Source of the DNA: Utricularia gibba
Taxonomy: Eukaryota > Plantae > Magnoliophyta
Reading direction: 5' to 3'
Assembly: GCA_002189035.1 (NCBI GenBank)
Contig: NEEC01000020.1
Coordinates: forward strand, 1,488,001-1,552,000
DNA: 64,000 bases
Below, in pieces: positions 49,929-64,000 of the stretch. The position numbers and the translations under genes are program-made. The first letter of the stretch is position 1; every line of letters begins with the position of its first letter. The notes beneath the pieces are model-generated. The model worked only from the letters and a program-made list of their open reading frames with translations. It was not told the DNA's origin and searched no databases.

Positions 49929-51651
49929 TTTATATATGCACATTCAAATTCGGAATTGCCTCAATTATCTTTCTTTTTTCAAAGAAAAAAAAATTAACTT
50001 AGATAAAATGGATCGATATAAGCACAATTATACGCCCACTCATATGCTACGTTTAAAAGGTTTTCCCAAAAACTATCCTATACACATTTTATTTTTATTA
50101 AATCAAAATTTTGGAATGAACAAATTGCATTTTGAAAAAGTTCATGGAAATCTAACAAATCTTGTGAACTAGTATCCATTTGAATGAGATGTCAAACGAA
50201 ACTCCTTTTTGATTAACATTGAACTAGTATCCTAGCATTGAAATACTGAAAAAAACTATAAAAAGAAAAATTCTCAAGTATCTGTGATCATGACACGTCA
50301 CTAGAAATAAGAACAAGAATTCCAACATTAGTAATTAACAATGCATTGATCAAATATCCGACATCTAAATGAAAATCATTATTGAGGACCCAACCCAAAG
50401 AAGGATGGCATAATGGATTGATCAATTACATACAACAATACTTTTTCTAGAGTATTGTACAATGTTTTTTATACTAACTTTAAAATTAGGCATATATACA
50501 TTGAAATAAGTTTAGGATGGATAAACTCTGAAGACACTCTAACCAAATATGGAGAGAACATAAATTTAGGAAAATTGAATGTCAGATAAAATATATAATA
50601 TCATAGAAATTGAATTTGAATGGTGACGAGACCATAAATATTGATAATTTTAACTACTATTTATTTGTTAAATAGAAAAATTAATTGGCAACATGATGGC
50701 TGTAGTTAACAATCAAGTACTCGTAAAGAGACACATACCACGAATATTTGTATTTGTTGTCGGGAAAAACAGAAGCCCTGTTTCTCTTAAGATAGGAACT
50801 TAAAATTGAACCAAAATTATAATTCACGTATATTGATATGTTATGTCCATAAAAGTAGCCACACCGAAAAAAAGAAAACCATGAGTGCCCATATATCAAA
50901 GGAATTCCACTAAGAACTTGAAAGGAAAGTGAACTAAGGGTTGATTTCTTTTTCTAAAAAATCGATCCTCATCTGCTTTTCACATCATGTTTATATACTT
51001 GCATAAAGTAAAAATAACAAGATAATAAAGTAAAAAACCATTGGTTCCCGAAACTCCATTTGAGGTGTAGGGTGCTTAGTGTGGGCTCCTGGACCCGATG
51101 CAGTGTGGGGTGCAAGAATGAATATCTGATTGAGGGATAAGGAGGTCTTTGTGACCATAACTCCCGTTGAATTCCATGGGGCTGATGTTCTATAAGATGT
51201 AGCTTCACAATAAAGGTTCTAACCTCCTCGGGCAACTTCTCTATACTCTTACTTTATTAGACCAATTACGCTTTCATACCTTGAGGGTTACTAACAATTT
51301 CCTACGATGATCTCAACCCCCTTATGATGTGAGAGAACAATTTCATTCCCCATAACATTAAACTTTAGCTTTGAGATGCCAATTAGTTAGGGCTAGGGTT
51401 CAATCCTATATTTTGTGTAGATGATATGAGATCTTTGGCATTATGACATTTTTTTATTGCACTTTATCCAATGAAAAATGTTAGCTTGTACGTGATAACA
51501 TTTCCATACTCTATTAGCTTGTGGACTGATACCATCAAAAAAAGCACAGCTTGATTAATTGTGATTGAAAATTGAAACTTAACTAAATATTGTGACTTTT
51601 ATTTTCTTATTTCTAAAACAATATATCATAGTAACTTCTTATATTCTTCGA

Positions 51652-54600
51652 TTACTAATTCTTTCATGTGACCAAATTTTACAATCAATGAAAATATTAT
51701 CTTTTGAAACTTTAAAAGATGGATCTTTTACATTCAAGTTATCAAGTTTTCATCAAGAAGAATTTAGAAAATTGTTGACAAACATGATTATTATTGATGA
51801 TTGTCTTTTTATAACCGATGAGAGTTTAGGATTCAGAAATTTTGTTTATAGTTTACAACCAAGATTTAAGATTCTTAGTCGTTGTCATGAGATTGGAAAG
51901 ATTATGTCTTACTACAGGTACGTAGACTTCCATACAAAATATGAACTATATGTGTGTTATTGATGTGTGTCGTTTCCACAATAAATTTTAATATTTTTAA
52001 AACTCATAAAACACAAAAGCGTAGTACGGGTGTCGAACGCAGGGAATTGTTTTTCAGTGAATGGTAAGGTTACACTGGATACAACTGTCACGATTTGCAA
52101 ACGGTTTTGGAAGTAAAAGTGTGAGAAACGTAAATGATGAAGCCTGAGTAAGGGAATAAGAGGGGTTTGAACAGACAACTGAAATAAATGTAAGCGATGA
52201 ACCTTAAATAAACTGAATGTTCCTAGGTTTGGAATCCCACCCGGCTATATTCGTTGCGTCTTCACTCTTCTCTGGTCTTCTCAAATACTCAGTTATAGGA
52301 GTAAGGAATTGCCTACCCTCCCTTACATTTTTTTGCAAGAAGGCACAAGAATAGCCCGATGTTACTCCTCTTTGGACGAAAGTGAGAATAAGAGGTCCTA
52401 CTAGCATACCCTCACGGTTGAATTGCACATGTGTGCCCAAGTGTTGCCAATGATCCAATGAGTCCAGATACGAGGTCACTACCTGTCCATTGATCCTGAG
52501 GTACAGCCATAGACAAAACATTGTCTTCCTCCTACCAAAAGGACATGAGTTGGTGTTCTCCACCTTACTCCTCTCCAAAACTCGTGGGTAGTGATCAATT
52601 AACTATGAATCTTGAATAAGGGGACTGTTACAGAAAAACTGCAATATAGTCGCGTGAAGACATACGGAACCCGTTCAGATTCAAAGAAGACATAAAGATA
52701 AGCTAATGAAACATAGATCTGGGGGTGTCCCAACCCAGAAACAGAAGTTTCTAGCCGTGGACGGCCATACAAACTAAAGGAAACGAACACAGATTCTAGA
52801 GAAAAGCTAGAGGAAAATCTTATAGATAAAGAAACAAAGTCTAAAGTAAACTAACTACTACTTGTCCAACGTCTGAATAGAACTGAACTTCAATGAGAGT
52901 CTGAGCTTTCGTATCCCCTTGGTTCCTGCTGTGAATTGGGGTAACTTGCAAGCAAACGTCTGCTCTAAATTGGGGTAATGATATCGCCTGTCAGAGACTC
53001 CCGTGTTCCCTACATCAAGGCTCATAATTAGGTGTCTACAGTCTTCCGGAAATCAAGGGAATGTCAACTCGAGAAGATCCAATTTGTCGCCATCTGCTGC
53101 CCTTTTGCTCTCACTTCCTACCACGTGTGCACCTCTAGAAAAACTCAATTAAAACTAGCAAAATTATTATATAAAATACAAGATTTAGGATAATTACCCT
53201 AAACTACATAAAACCTAAATCTCATATTATAGATTTCTAATTAGACTATTCTAATCACATTTAGACTTAAAAACAACCTAAGAAATACTAAGAAAATGAC
53301 ACTTAAGAGTTATATTGTATATTGGATTGATAAAGATTTCAATTTACAGGTTCTCAATTTTTCTATCATTCCAAATCACAAAGGTAAGACCATTGGTTAT
53401 ATGATTGAGTGCTACCTCTTAGAATGGGGAATTGAGAATCTACTTACAATGTATGTTAAAAATTACGAGTTCTAATGATGTTGTCATATGATACATCAAG
53501 GATAAGATGAAGGGTTGGAAAAATATAGTTTTGAATAATGAGTTTGTGCATATGAGATGTTCTTCTTATTTTAAAAAAATTCATGGTAAAAAATGATCTG
53601 AAGTTGTATATTGCATCAATTTTGAAAATTAAAAATGATATCATCTTCTCCATCTAAACTTTGAACTTTTATGAGTTATCCATCCATTCAAAAAAATTGA
53701 AAGTAAGAAACTTATATGTCTTGATGTTGACACTCGGTGCAATTCCACTTATTTGATATTAAAAAATACCTTAGTTTTTTAAAAGTATTTGAAAGTATGT
53801 TTGAGGATCATTGAAATTATATAAATATTTTGGTATCTATAAGAAGAAAGGTCATGCTGAATTTCATTTTATCAGTTGTATTAAAGAAGCTGAGTGAAAT
53901 TAATGAAAAAGAAAGCTTAAAAGATAATTATATTGATCCCCCTGATGCTTTTGATTGAAAAGTGGCAAAGTGTTTTGTCAAGTTTCTGAAATTTTTCTAT
54001 GATGCAACAATGAGATTTTTGAAAAGTAAATATTCTAAATGTTAACATTTTATTTCAAGAGATTATGAGCATCCCTGGTATTTTAAGTGTTTTATTTGGA
54101 TATCATGATACAAGTATAGCTTTGGTTGCAATGAAACTGAATGATAAATTCTCAAAGTATTGGAGTAAATTGAATACAACTAATGCTTTATTGTTTATTG
54201 AAACTATTTTAGATATTCGATATAAGTTGAGATTTATCAAGTATTATATTGATAAAATATATAATCAAGGGAAGCATGGTTATTTGTGTAAACAAGTGTT
54301 GGATAAATTGATGAGCACATTAATTACTTTATTTGATTTTTATGCAAAACTTTATTTTTTTGCATCTAAAGATGATGATATGTATTTCTCAATCGCTAAC
54401 TCTTCAAATACTTCTTTGAATGCTAGCTTGGATGACATGTTCAATTCTAATTTTTCTCTAGGGTCCCAATTCGCTAAAGAACTTGAGAAGGATTTTAATA
54501 ATTGTAATATCTGAGCTTGCCATCTATTTGGAAGAAAAGTGAAAATTAGTTGGAGAACATGAAACTTTTGATACCCTAATTTGATAGAAAAATAATCCTT

Positions 54601-55012
54601 CAAGATGTCATCTTCTTTCTCAAATGATTAGAGAAGTGTTGGCGATTTCAATTTCTACCATATCATCTAAATCAGGTTTTAGTGCAAGTGGGCATATGCT
54701 TGATTCATATATACGTTCTCTTAATCCAAAAATGGTAGAGGCTCTTATTTGTTGCCACAATTGGCTGAAAGAATAACCACATTTGCTTGACATTCATTGA
54801 TCCATGAGAGGAGTTTCATTTAATGATGTAGAGAAGTATGGAGATATCTTCAGTGGTAATACTTGAATTTTTCCTATTCTATCTTTGTTATTTGAAATAT
54901 TTCTCATTTAGTATATTACATTGAAATGTACTTTTTTTATTAATTATAGATGTATACTTCGATAGTTCTTCTTCAAAAGAAGATGTAAGGACAATGGATG
55001 TTGATGAATATT
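51652..55012 (+). pseudogene. Duplicate hAT transposase remnant (with solo LTR 51961-53308)
   Basis: Copy of 30090-33450 at offset 21562. Confidence 0.9.
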
Positions 55013-57380
55013 AGATATCATTTCCTTTTTTAATATCTAAAAGTTTCAGATTTATTTGTAACTAATGATTCATTCTCAATCTTTATTGTTTCGTGATTTT
55101 TTTTGAAGTTATTTTGTTACCTATTGCAATGACTTTGCAGCATTATTAGATTGAATGGGATCAAATAACGAAGGTTGTTGTCTGCTCTTTAACTTTGTTG
55201 GAAATGTTTTTCTATTGAGTATTTTATGTATTATTAGTTACCAGATTATATAATGTTAGAATTTGGAATTTTTAGTAATTATGATGTTTGAGTAATGTAT
55301 AACACTTATTCTTAGCTGTTCAACCGCTTGTTCACCTGCTTTCCACTTGTTGTATTTATATTTCAATTTGTAGGTTTTTTGACAATAATATTAACTGATG
55401 ATTTTAAAATATATATAATCTACTATTAATGAATCAAAATAATAATATAGGTTTAAACTGTATGACTACGTGTTTACTCACTCCTAATCATATCCTTCAA
55501 GATAACATGTCTTATTATCTCTATACCCTTTAAAAAAGAGAAAAGTTAGAGAAATTTCATTTTATTATTTCTCGATTACTCGAAAATTTTCTATTCCAAC
55601 TAGCGTTTTTCCAGTGACTTTACTCCTCCAATCTCTAGCAAAAGTCACCAAAGGTATTTTAATTCCATCTCTGGATATTTCTCCTTGATATGCGGAAGAA
55701 GTTTCAAAATATGCGTTGAGAAGATGAAAAGTCTTAATGTATTGAAAAGGTAAACTCAAGATACAAAGTATTGAGACGTAGGTCCCGTTTGGTACAATTA
55801 TTTATTTTATAGTCCATTAAGATTATTATTTTTAAATAAACACATTCATTATTTAGATTGGAGATGCATTTGATAACATTGTATAAGAATATGAATGTTT
55901 ATATTATTTTGTATTTGATAGATTGTTGTTAAATAGATGATTTTATGAAAATTACCAAAATATACTCATTATTATTTGAAGTTTTTTAACATTATTTTCC
56001 CCTATTCTTCAAATTTTGTTCATCGAAGATTTTAGGATTTGTGTTTATGTTTTACTTTCATATAAGATCTATCTATGTTATCACTTTATTACACTTCCAT
56101 CTCATCAACTCCCATTCTACCCATCAGACCCAAGAAGAAATCGGCATGTATTGAAGGTGGAGAAGGTTCTAGGGCTAACTGTAAGGAGAGGAATAGAACT
56201 AAGATAATGAGAGTTTGTTAGTGTAAAAGTAGACCCCCTCTTCCCCACTTTAAGTTTCACATTCCAAAATTAATTCTATATGTGTGAAGATAAATAAAAT
56301 TGTCTATTTTCACAATCGCTACCAAACATACTTCTAATTTAAATTTCTTGTTAAAATGCATTAACAACCTTACCAAACAAATCTGCTTATTTGTACAACA
56401 TTTCCTGTTATATGCATTTACTTGAGCTAATAAGTGTTTGCTAATCTGTCATGGTCATCCGGTCAACACTCCCTATAACTCCTCAATATTCATATTGCAA
56501 TGATTCTGGGGTTGTAGAATGATAAAATTGGTGCCTTTTCATGACCTCCACCACTGTCGGTACCTAAGATGCCCTCCCATGCGATCCGCCTTATTTTGGA
56601 AGCTTTTAAAGCCAGTTTGCAGATTCCACCACCACCCATTCATAGCTCTTTTATACGCTCTTCATCCCCACATTTATGAAACTTGTCACATACCTCATTT
56701 TTCTCAACATTCAAAAGTCAGAATTTTCTTTTAATTTCTTTTTTTCATTTTATTTTTTTCTCTGATAGCACCTATTTTGATTCAAAATCTTTATGTAGAT
56801 AGGAAAAATTTTCTTTTTTTTGCCCGATGAGGCTGCATCTCTAGCTTGAAGCCTTAGGGAAACCAAGGCTGAATTCTAGCTTTTTGCAGAATTCTAACCA
56901 GCCGCCGATTATTTTCTGCAAAAATAATTTATGCTAGCTTATTTTCTGCCCGATAAGAAGCCTGAATTCTAGCTTTTTTTTTCATTTCGGTCCTAGTTAG
57001 GAAGCAAAAAACTTCTACTACCCGACACGGACTCTAAAGATTCCCTCCTCAATCACAGCTCATAGTATTCTTCTTCCTCCAGACAAGCACCTCAAGGGGC
57101 TTTGGATGAATGAGGAACGATTTGCCTCCTCATCTTTTTTTATAAAATAAGCTAATGCATAGTGTTTTCTTTTTGTCTTGCAGAACACAGAATGAATAGC
57201 CTCATCAAGTCTACCTTCGGTTACAATTTAAAACACCAAGGCACTTGCTAATTCGGTGGTAGATGGAAGCAAGGTGCCTCACTTTCCTTGAGTTACTTCA
57301 TCGGATTTTAGTTGAATGTCAACTTGATAGGCACTATGATTTTACAGAAGAAAGTTCTGGAAATCAGTAGAGTTTATAGA

Positions 57381-58848
57381 TGTTAAAATAAATAATCATA
57401 TATCCAAAAATAAAAGTGAAATAATCAAATATATAAAAAATCATAGATCATTAATAATTGATTGGGTCTAATTTTTTCTATTGTGATCCATATTTATTAT
57501 ATACTTAGATTTCACATGTAATAGTCTAACCCATTGGATCCTAAATTTTAGCATGGTATCAAAGCATTTGACTTGCAACATAGCTTGGGTGACCAAAATA
57601 AGTTTCATTCTAGTTTGAGCTTCTATTAAAAAAAAAAGAAAAAAAGAAAAAGTAAATGCATTGGGCTTAGACAACAAAAATTAGATCGATCTATGACCTG
57701 CCGAATTGAAGACCAGTTCGACTTGAGCACCTAATCCCACATCGAAAAATGAAAGTGAAATATTCAAGTATACAAGTAATTATGGATCATTAGTAACCGA
57801 TTGGATCTAATATTTTCTATTGTGATCCACGTTTCTTATGTACTTGGATTTCACATGTGCTCGTTCAATCCATCAGATCCTGAATTTAAATATGGTATAC
57901 AATCAGATAAAAAAAACACAAGTTTTAACCGGATCGAAGCTCAGTTCCACTTGAGGGCGGGCATTAGAATACACAATCCTACATCGGAAAATGAAAATTT
58001 TATAGTCAAGTATATAAAAAATTGCAGATCACAAATAATCAGTTGAGCCTAACCTTTTCTAATGTGATTTACATTTATTATGCACTTGGGCTTCACGTGT
58101 GTGCTCATGTAACCCATCAAATCCTGAATTTAAATATGATATAAGAGTGTTTGCCTTGCAGCATGGCTCGGGTGGTCAAGATGGGTTTCGTTCACGTGTG
58201 CTCACCTAAACCATTGGATACTAGAATTTCAACATGGTATCACAGCATTTGCCTTTCAGCACGGCCTGGGTGGCCAAGATGGGTTTCATTATTGTCTGAA
58301 TTCCGATTAAAAAAAAAAGAACAAGAAGATTCATTGGGCATAGATGACAAAAAAATTAGATCAATTTATAATCTGAGCACTACCTACAACCAGACAAAAA
58401 AATACAAGTCTTATTTGGATCGAAGACCAGTTCGACACGAGGGCATCTTTTAGAATACACAATCCCACATTGGAAAATAAAAGTGGAATAGTCAAGTATA
58501 TAACAAACTACATATCACAAGTAATCGATTGAGTCTAATCTTTTCTATTGTGATTCATATTTCTTGTGTGCTCGCCTGACTCATCGGATCCTGAATTTCA
58601 ACATGGTATTAGAACATTTGCCTTGCGGCATGACTTAGGTGGCCAAGATGGGTTTTGTATTTGTCTGAGATTCAATTAACAAAAAAAAAAAAAAAAAAAA
58701 ACAAGGACATGCATTGAGCTTAGGCAACAAAAAATCAAAATCAACCTATGACCCAATCACTACCTACAATCACACAAAAAAAACCAAGTCTTAACTAGAT
58801 TAAAGACCGGTTCGACTTGAGGGCAAGTATTAGAATACATAATCCGAA
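57381..58848 (+). mobile_element. Duplicate tandem-array TRIM
   Basis: Copy of 35819-37285. Confidence 0.85.
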
Positions 58849-58871
58849 TTCTCATCCAAGTCTCTCAATTA

Positions 58872-59155
58872 AAGCATCTTTAGTGGTTTCTGGAAATACT
58901 GATGTGGCTTTCCGAAAACTACTATTATTTTTACAGAAATAAGTAATTTGAGGAAATCTCATTTTATGGAAACCAAAAGGAGGAAATCTTGTTTCCTTAT
59001 TGAAACCAACTTCCATAAGGAAACTTCACTCTATATTTTTTCAATGATTTTACTACTCGTTTTCGAAAATTGATAAAGTAATTTAGGAAACTTCGTAAAG
59101 AAAACTTAATAAAGAAAAGACACATTACTATTTGCGAGCATCATTAAAGATGCTC
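58872..59155. mobile_element. Duplicate Tourist-like MITE
   Basis: Copy of 37309-37592, with TTA TSDs. Confidence 0.85.
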
Positions 59156-60752
59156 TTAGCATTGCCTATGAATGTTTGGTGTCACGTTTCCATGAGAGAG
59201 GTTGGAGGGTTCTAGGCCGCTCAATGCACAAGTTGCTGTTTCTTAGGAGAGTAGGAAGGAAGGAGAATGCTATCAAAGAGGTAGTTAAGGAAAAAACTGA
59301 GGAGAGAGTGGAGGCCTAACTTCTCCAAGTGGAGAAGTGTTGAGTGGGGATGACTTTAAAGCTAGAGGCCAATAGCACGGTGCTAAATGAAATGGAATGG
59401 ACATCACTTGTTCACACTGTAGAGTGGATAGTATGCGGGCGAATACTTTTCTTCGATACTTAGCTTCCAGGCTCTTCGGGTCGTAAGAGCAGTTGCACCT
59501 AGCCTCTATTGAGGATTTTTAGCTCCTAGTCTTCCCGCAGTTCCGAAAATGGTTGGTCGGTTGTACATATGCATTTACCAAACGCAGACTTGCCTTTTCG
59601 TTCATTTCTTCTGTATTCACTTTTACAGGTTACGTACGATATGTAAGTTTCTTTTCAGTTATGCGCAACAAGTGAGCAGATTTGTTTCCTCGCAGTTGCT
59701 ATTTCTTTTCATTTTTTCAGCCATGTCTTCATCTTTTGTTTTTAAAATGTGTTTTGAATTCAGTTTTGCTTCACATATCATTAGTTTTTCAGAATTCAAC
59801 AATAATTTATGCAATTTGATGATTCCAGCCCCAATTTTTTAGATTTAAACCCTAATTTATGTTCATGATTTACCAAGATTCTCTAACATAAATTATTTTC
59901 ATTTTTTATTGTGCTGCAAATTAATTTTTATGGACTTTAGTTTTTTCATGATATTCATATGCTATTATCATTTTAATTTTACACTTAATTTTGCATATCT
60001 ATTGTTCTATTTCCAGATTGAAACATTAAATTATTACATCTTGTATCATCATTTTTTTATTACAATTTTTTGTAGGAAATGATTACAGAGGATTAACATC
60101 TCAACGAATTATATAAGCAAATACTTTAGATGCAAGATAGAATGAATACAAACTTATTCTTGTTTTAGCTTGACTAAATGTTAATAATGATTCTGAGAAA
60201 GATAACTTCACACAAAGGAAACAAATTTTGGAAGAAGATATTTGATTATCTATTATGAAGTAATACCACTAGTTACTTGTAGCATGGATACAATTAGAAA
60301 AAAATGAAAAAATTTGAGCTCTGATAATGTCAAGAGAAGTTTGACTATAATGAATTTGATTTCAAGCAACAAGTCATGTAGCTTTTTAAAATTGATCAAC
60401 AAGGAGATTTCATTGATATTAAATATTGAGAAACATTATACCATGACTCAAAGTAGATGTCAATATGAAAATTAATGTCAAGTTTATTTTTTTGAGTGTA
60501 TTTACTATATTAAATGTCTTTTTATAAATCACAGAAATTGGTAGGTGCTTAAATGGAAAAGAATTATAAGAGAGTGTCGTATGTGCATCAATCAAATGAA
60601 CAAGGATTACCTTCACAACTATCACTGCCTTTAATAAAAGAAGAAAGATCTTTAGGATAAAATTTAGCAAATGTAAATAAAATGAAAGGCAATTGTCTAA
60701 GTCTACTTCTTCTTCTTTCAAGACTAATCACTTGGAAGGTATCTTGGTAGTT

Positions 60753-61794
60753 GATTTGGCAGTTCAATCAAGTATATTTTGCTAATATGCTTCAAAGACT
60801 TTAAAATAAAGATGTGAACAAGTTTATTCCATGACAACAAAAAACAATTCATGATATAACTTATCATGACATTGCAAACGCCAATTTAGTGAATGAAGAC
60901 CAGAGCACTTCTAAAGATGAGGAAAATGCATTTGTCACTTTTTTTTCACTGCTATTCAATTTTGATTTTCATAACAATATATGGGATCTCCAATAACAGA
61001 GTATTTGAAATGTTTGCTTGTATGTGGAGAGACTCAGAGCTTTTACATAATCTTTGGAAACACTGATTGCATAGATTGAGAGTGAAAAAATTGTCTCATT
61101 TTATTGCAAGGTCAATTTAAATGTGGAGATCATTGAAAACCTTCATTAATGTTAGAAGTCGTAGCTTTTGAGGATATATGAATTTCACATGCATTTTTAA
61201 TAATGTCAATTGTGAATAATGATTTAAATATCTTACAACATTTTCTTTATTAGATGTAGATCTCGGACCTATGAATGGGGATATATATTTTTCATTGTTT
61301 TCTGTAATAATTTTTAAAAATTGAAAAATGGATAATCTAAATGAAATGCATAATGGTATTGGTCCAAAAGTGCAATTTACTTTTAATGAAAATTTTTATG
61401 AAATGGAATATTATTTGGTTGATGGAATTCAACTTGATTGGGCTGTTTTTATGAAGTCCATTACTCTTCAAGACCAAAAAACTTGACTTTTCGTTAAATT
61501 TCAGGAGAGTGCTCAAAAAAATATGGAAATCACTTTCGGTATTTTGTTTGCAATACTTAGAATACCTGGACAAGTTTGGGATAAGACTTAGAAATATTTT
61601 ATGCATGTATAAAATATCTCCAGTAGCTGAAGGCGGCTGTCATAAAAGCCACCCAAGCCCATGTATTGTTGACGGCTGTAGTAAAGAGCAAGAGCTTCTG
61701 AACCTGAAGGTAATGCCAAGATGCTCATTCTACTCTTCAGCTACTGCTCACAATATCATGAGGCTCAAGAAAATAATGAATTATATTTAAAGAA
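60753..61794 (+). pseudogene. Duplicate Harbinger transposase remnant (with mini-element 61621-61746)
   Basis: Copy of 39190-40231 at offset 21563. Confidence 0.85.
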
Positions 61795-62359
61795 TGATGA
61801 GGTGTTTGTCCAAATGAATACATTAGAGAAAAAGATCATTCCACCAGGACCAATGACTAGGAGTAAGAGCAAGATGTTTGATGATACATTTAAGGCTTTT
61901 CTTAATACTATTGGAATCAAACATGGACTTGAAGACATCTCATCAAAAGACCTCAACTACTTGAAGGTGGATTTATCTTAGAGTATTGGACTTGCTAAAT
62001 TTTTCTATTTCATTTAGTTTGGGCCAAGTAATGTTAGAGCCCAATTCTAAAGTATAAATACTCTAAAGTTGTACTCTTTTATAACTTTTAGTTCATTTCA
62101 TATATGTTGTGAGGATTCTCTTCTTCTTTAAGTGTTTGAATACTCTTGACTTATGAAGCTTTGAGCTTGTGGTGTTCTAGGATTATCACTTCCAATCTTC
62201 TCTCTTTTCTGAAGTGTGGCTCTTAATTTTCTTTGTTTCGAAGTCTAATTGCAAGAGATTCATTCTCTTGAGGATAGACTTGGGTGGTTTTCTTTTTAAG
62301 CTTCAAAATCACCTCTTGTTCGTCGATTGTTAATCTCTATAGATTAGAGGGTCACATCA
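61795..62359 (+). mobile_element. Duplicate CRM-type solo LTR
   Basis: Copy of 40232-40796. Confidence 0.7.
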
Positions 62360-62523
62360 CAAGATAAATAACTATGTGGAATGTCAGAGTAGATGCCGGG
62401 GATCCAATAGGAAGATGCGAATTTTCCCTTCGGAGGTTACCGCCTAAGTATGTGTTTGGGCCTTGAAGACTTAACTTGTACAGTTCATGCAACATAAGAC
62501 TGGTTTTATTATTGAGTGTACAC

Positions 62524-64000
62524 TAAAGATGTCACTGGGTCTCGGTATACCTGGACCCGAACCGAAACTAACCCGAATGGGTTCGGTTTCGGGCCAAGAA
62601 GTGCTAATTTTTTTTCGGGTTCGGGTTGTTTTACATGGACCCAACAAGCTATCGGTCATGTTTGGGCTTAGCTTTCTAAAACCTGTTGATCCGGATCTGA
62701 ACCGATGCATAAATATTTTTAAAATATTGATAACATTTAATTTCTTAATGGGCTTAATAATTAATATATCCTTAACCCTAATTAATCCTTTCAACTTCTA
62801 TATCCTTAACCCTAATTCATCATTTCAACTTCTAAAATCATCACAGTGGAAACTTGAAGAGTATGTACTACATCATTTTCGAATTTCTATTTTGCAACAC
62901 TTTCGTTTGTGGTGAATATTTTTTGTTTTGTTTGTTTCATCACAATGGAAACTTGAAGAGTATGGACTACATCATTTTCAAATTTCTATTTTGCAACACT
63001 TTCATTTGTGATAAATATTTTTTTTTTGTTCGTTCAATAGTTATATAATTATTTATTATTTTTTTATGTGAACTACCTTTTTTCCTGTTTTTTGTTTACG
63101 TGTGCCGAGCGGTAGATGGTTTCTTATTGTGCATTTTTCCTGTTTTAGTTTTAGGATTTAGGGAGCCATAGATTGGTTTTTTAATGGCTAGTGACACTAG
63201 CTAGTCAGCACACCACACACCATTCGAATATGGAAATAAAATTATTTTTTTTTTTACAAAAGTTTCTTATTTTTCAGAAACTTTGATTTTTGATATTTTA
63301 ATTTTACAATTTTCAATTTTCATGAGTTGAAATTTCAGTGTTTTTTCATTCTAAAACTCTAAATTCCTAATTCTAACCTTTATGTTTGTATTTTTAATTT
63401 CTTTAGATGACATCTCAGCAAGACAGTTCACTAACATCACTTCCATTATTGGGATCTCCAGATCAAGGTAGCCGTGGAGTTGATGATGATAATGACCTAG
63501 TGAAAGCTGTTGAAATATGACAATGGAATCTCTAAAAAAAGAAAACTAAAATCTGAGATATGGGAGCACTTCAAGCAATTCCATGATGATAAGACAAATG
63601 AATGGAAAACTCAACGCAATCATTGTCAAAAAGTCATGAGTGGAGACACAAAAACTGGTACGTCATCTTTGAAAAGACATTTTAATGATACATGTCCTTG
63701 GACATCAGATACTATGAATATTAAGCAAGTGATTTTGAAGATGGGAAATGATAAACAAAAAATATTGCACGTCATTAAAATGTAAATTTCTTTTATCAAA
63801 TAAAATTTATAAACCTGATTCACATCAAATCATATAAAATATATGTATATAGTGGATTAAAATCGAACATAAGGAGCTAGATGATTACTATATGAAAGTC
63901 AATGCATACAATCAGTATCACGTTAATAGATTTAGTCTTAACTAGGACTAAGGCATAAGTATGATAAAATACAGTAAAGAAAAGTAACAAACTTCTCAAC
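62524..64000 (+). mobile_element. Duplicate hAT element, 5' part (with solo LTR from 63749), truncated by the window end
   Basis: Copy of 40961 onward, with TAAAGATGTC at 62524 and TGATAAAC at 63749. Confidence 0.85.

Larger units (their letters stand above)
47543..64000 (+). repeat. Large tandem direct duplication, copy 2 (runs off the window end)
   Basis: Near-identical to 25982-about 42439. Only 4 substitutions and 3 small indels were noticed by eye. Confidence 0.98.

Overview
AT-rich plant nuclear DNA, probably a dicot, made almost entirely of decayed transposable elements. It holds one intact gene: an intronless L-type lectin receptor-like kinase (44488-46464, +). The left part (1-26 kb) has a Harbinger Myb/SANT pseudogene, MITEs and solo LTRs. 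It also has a tomosyn/LGL-like gene remnant split by a deeply nested stack of LTR insertions (7904-20587), whose target-site duplications (TSDs) can mostly still be read. From 25982 the window is a near-identical direct tandem duplication with a period of about 21.56 kb (25982-47542, repeated from 47543 to the window end). The unit carries the LecRK, two hAT remnants, a Harbinger transposase remnant, a tandem-array TRIM, a plastid 23S rRNA fragment, a CRM-type solo LTR and a 126-bp mini-element. The breakpoint polarity of the duplication is the opposite of what a simple tandem duplication predicts. No prokaryotic systems, CRISPR arrays or intact RNA genes were seen. All alignments were done by eye and no database searches were run.
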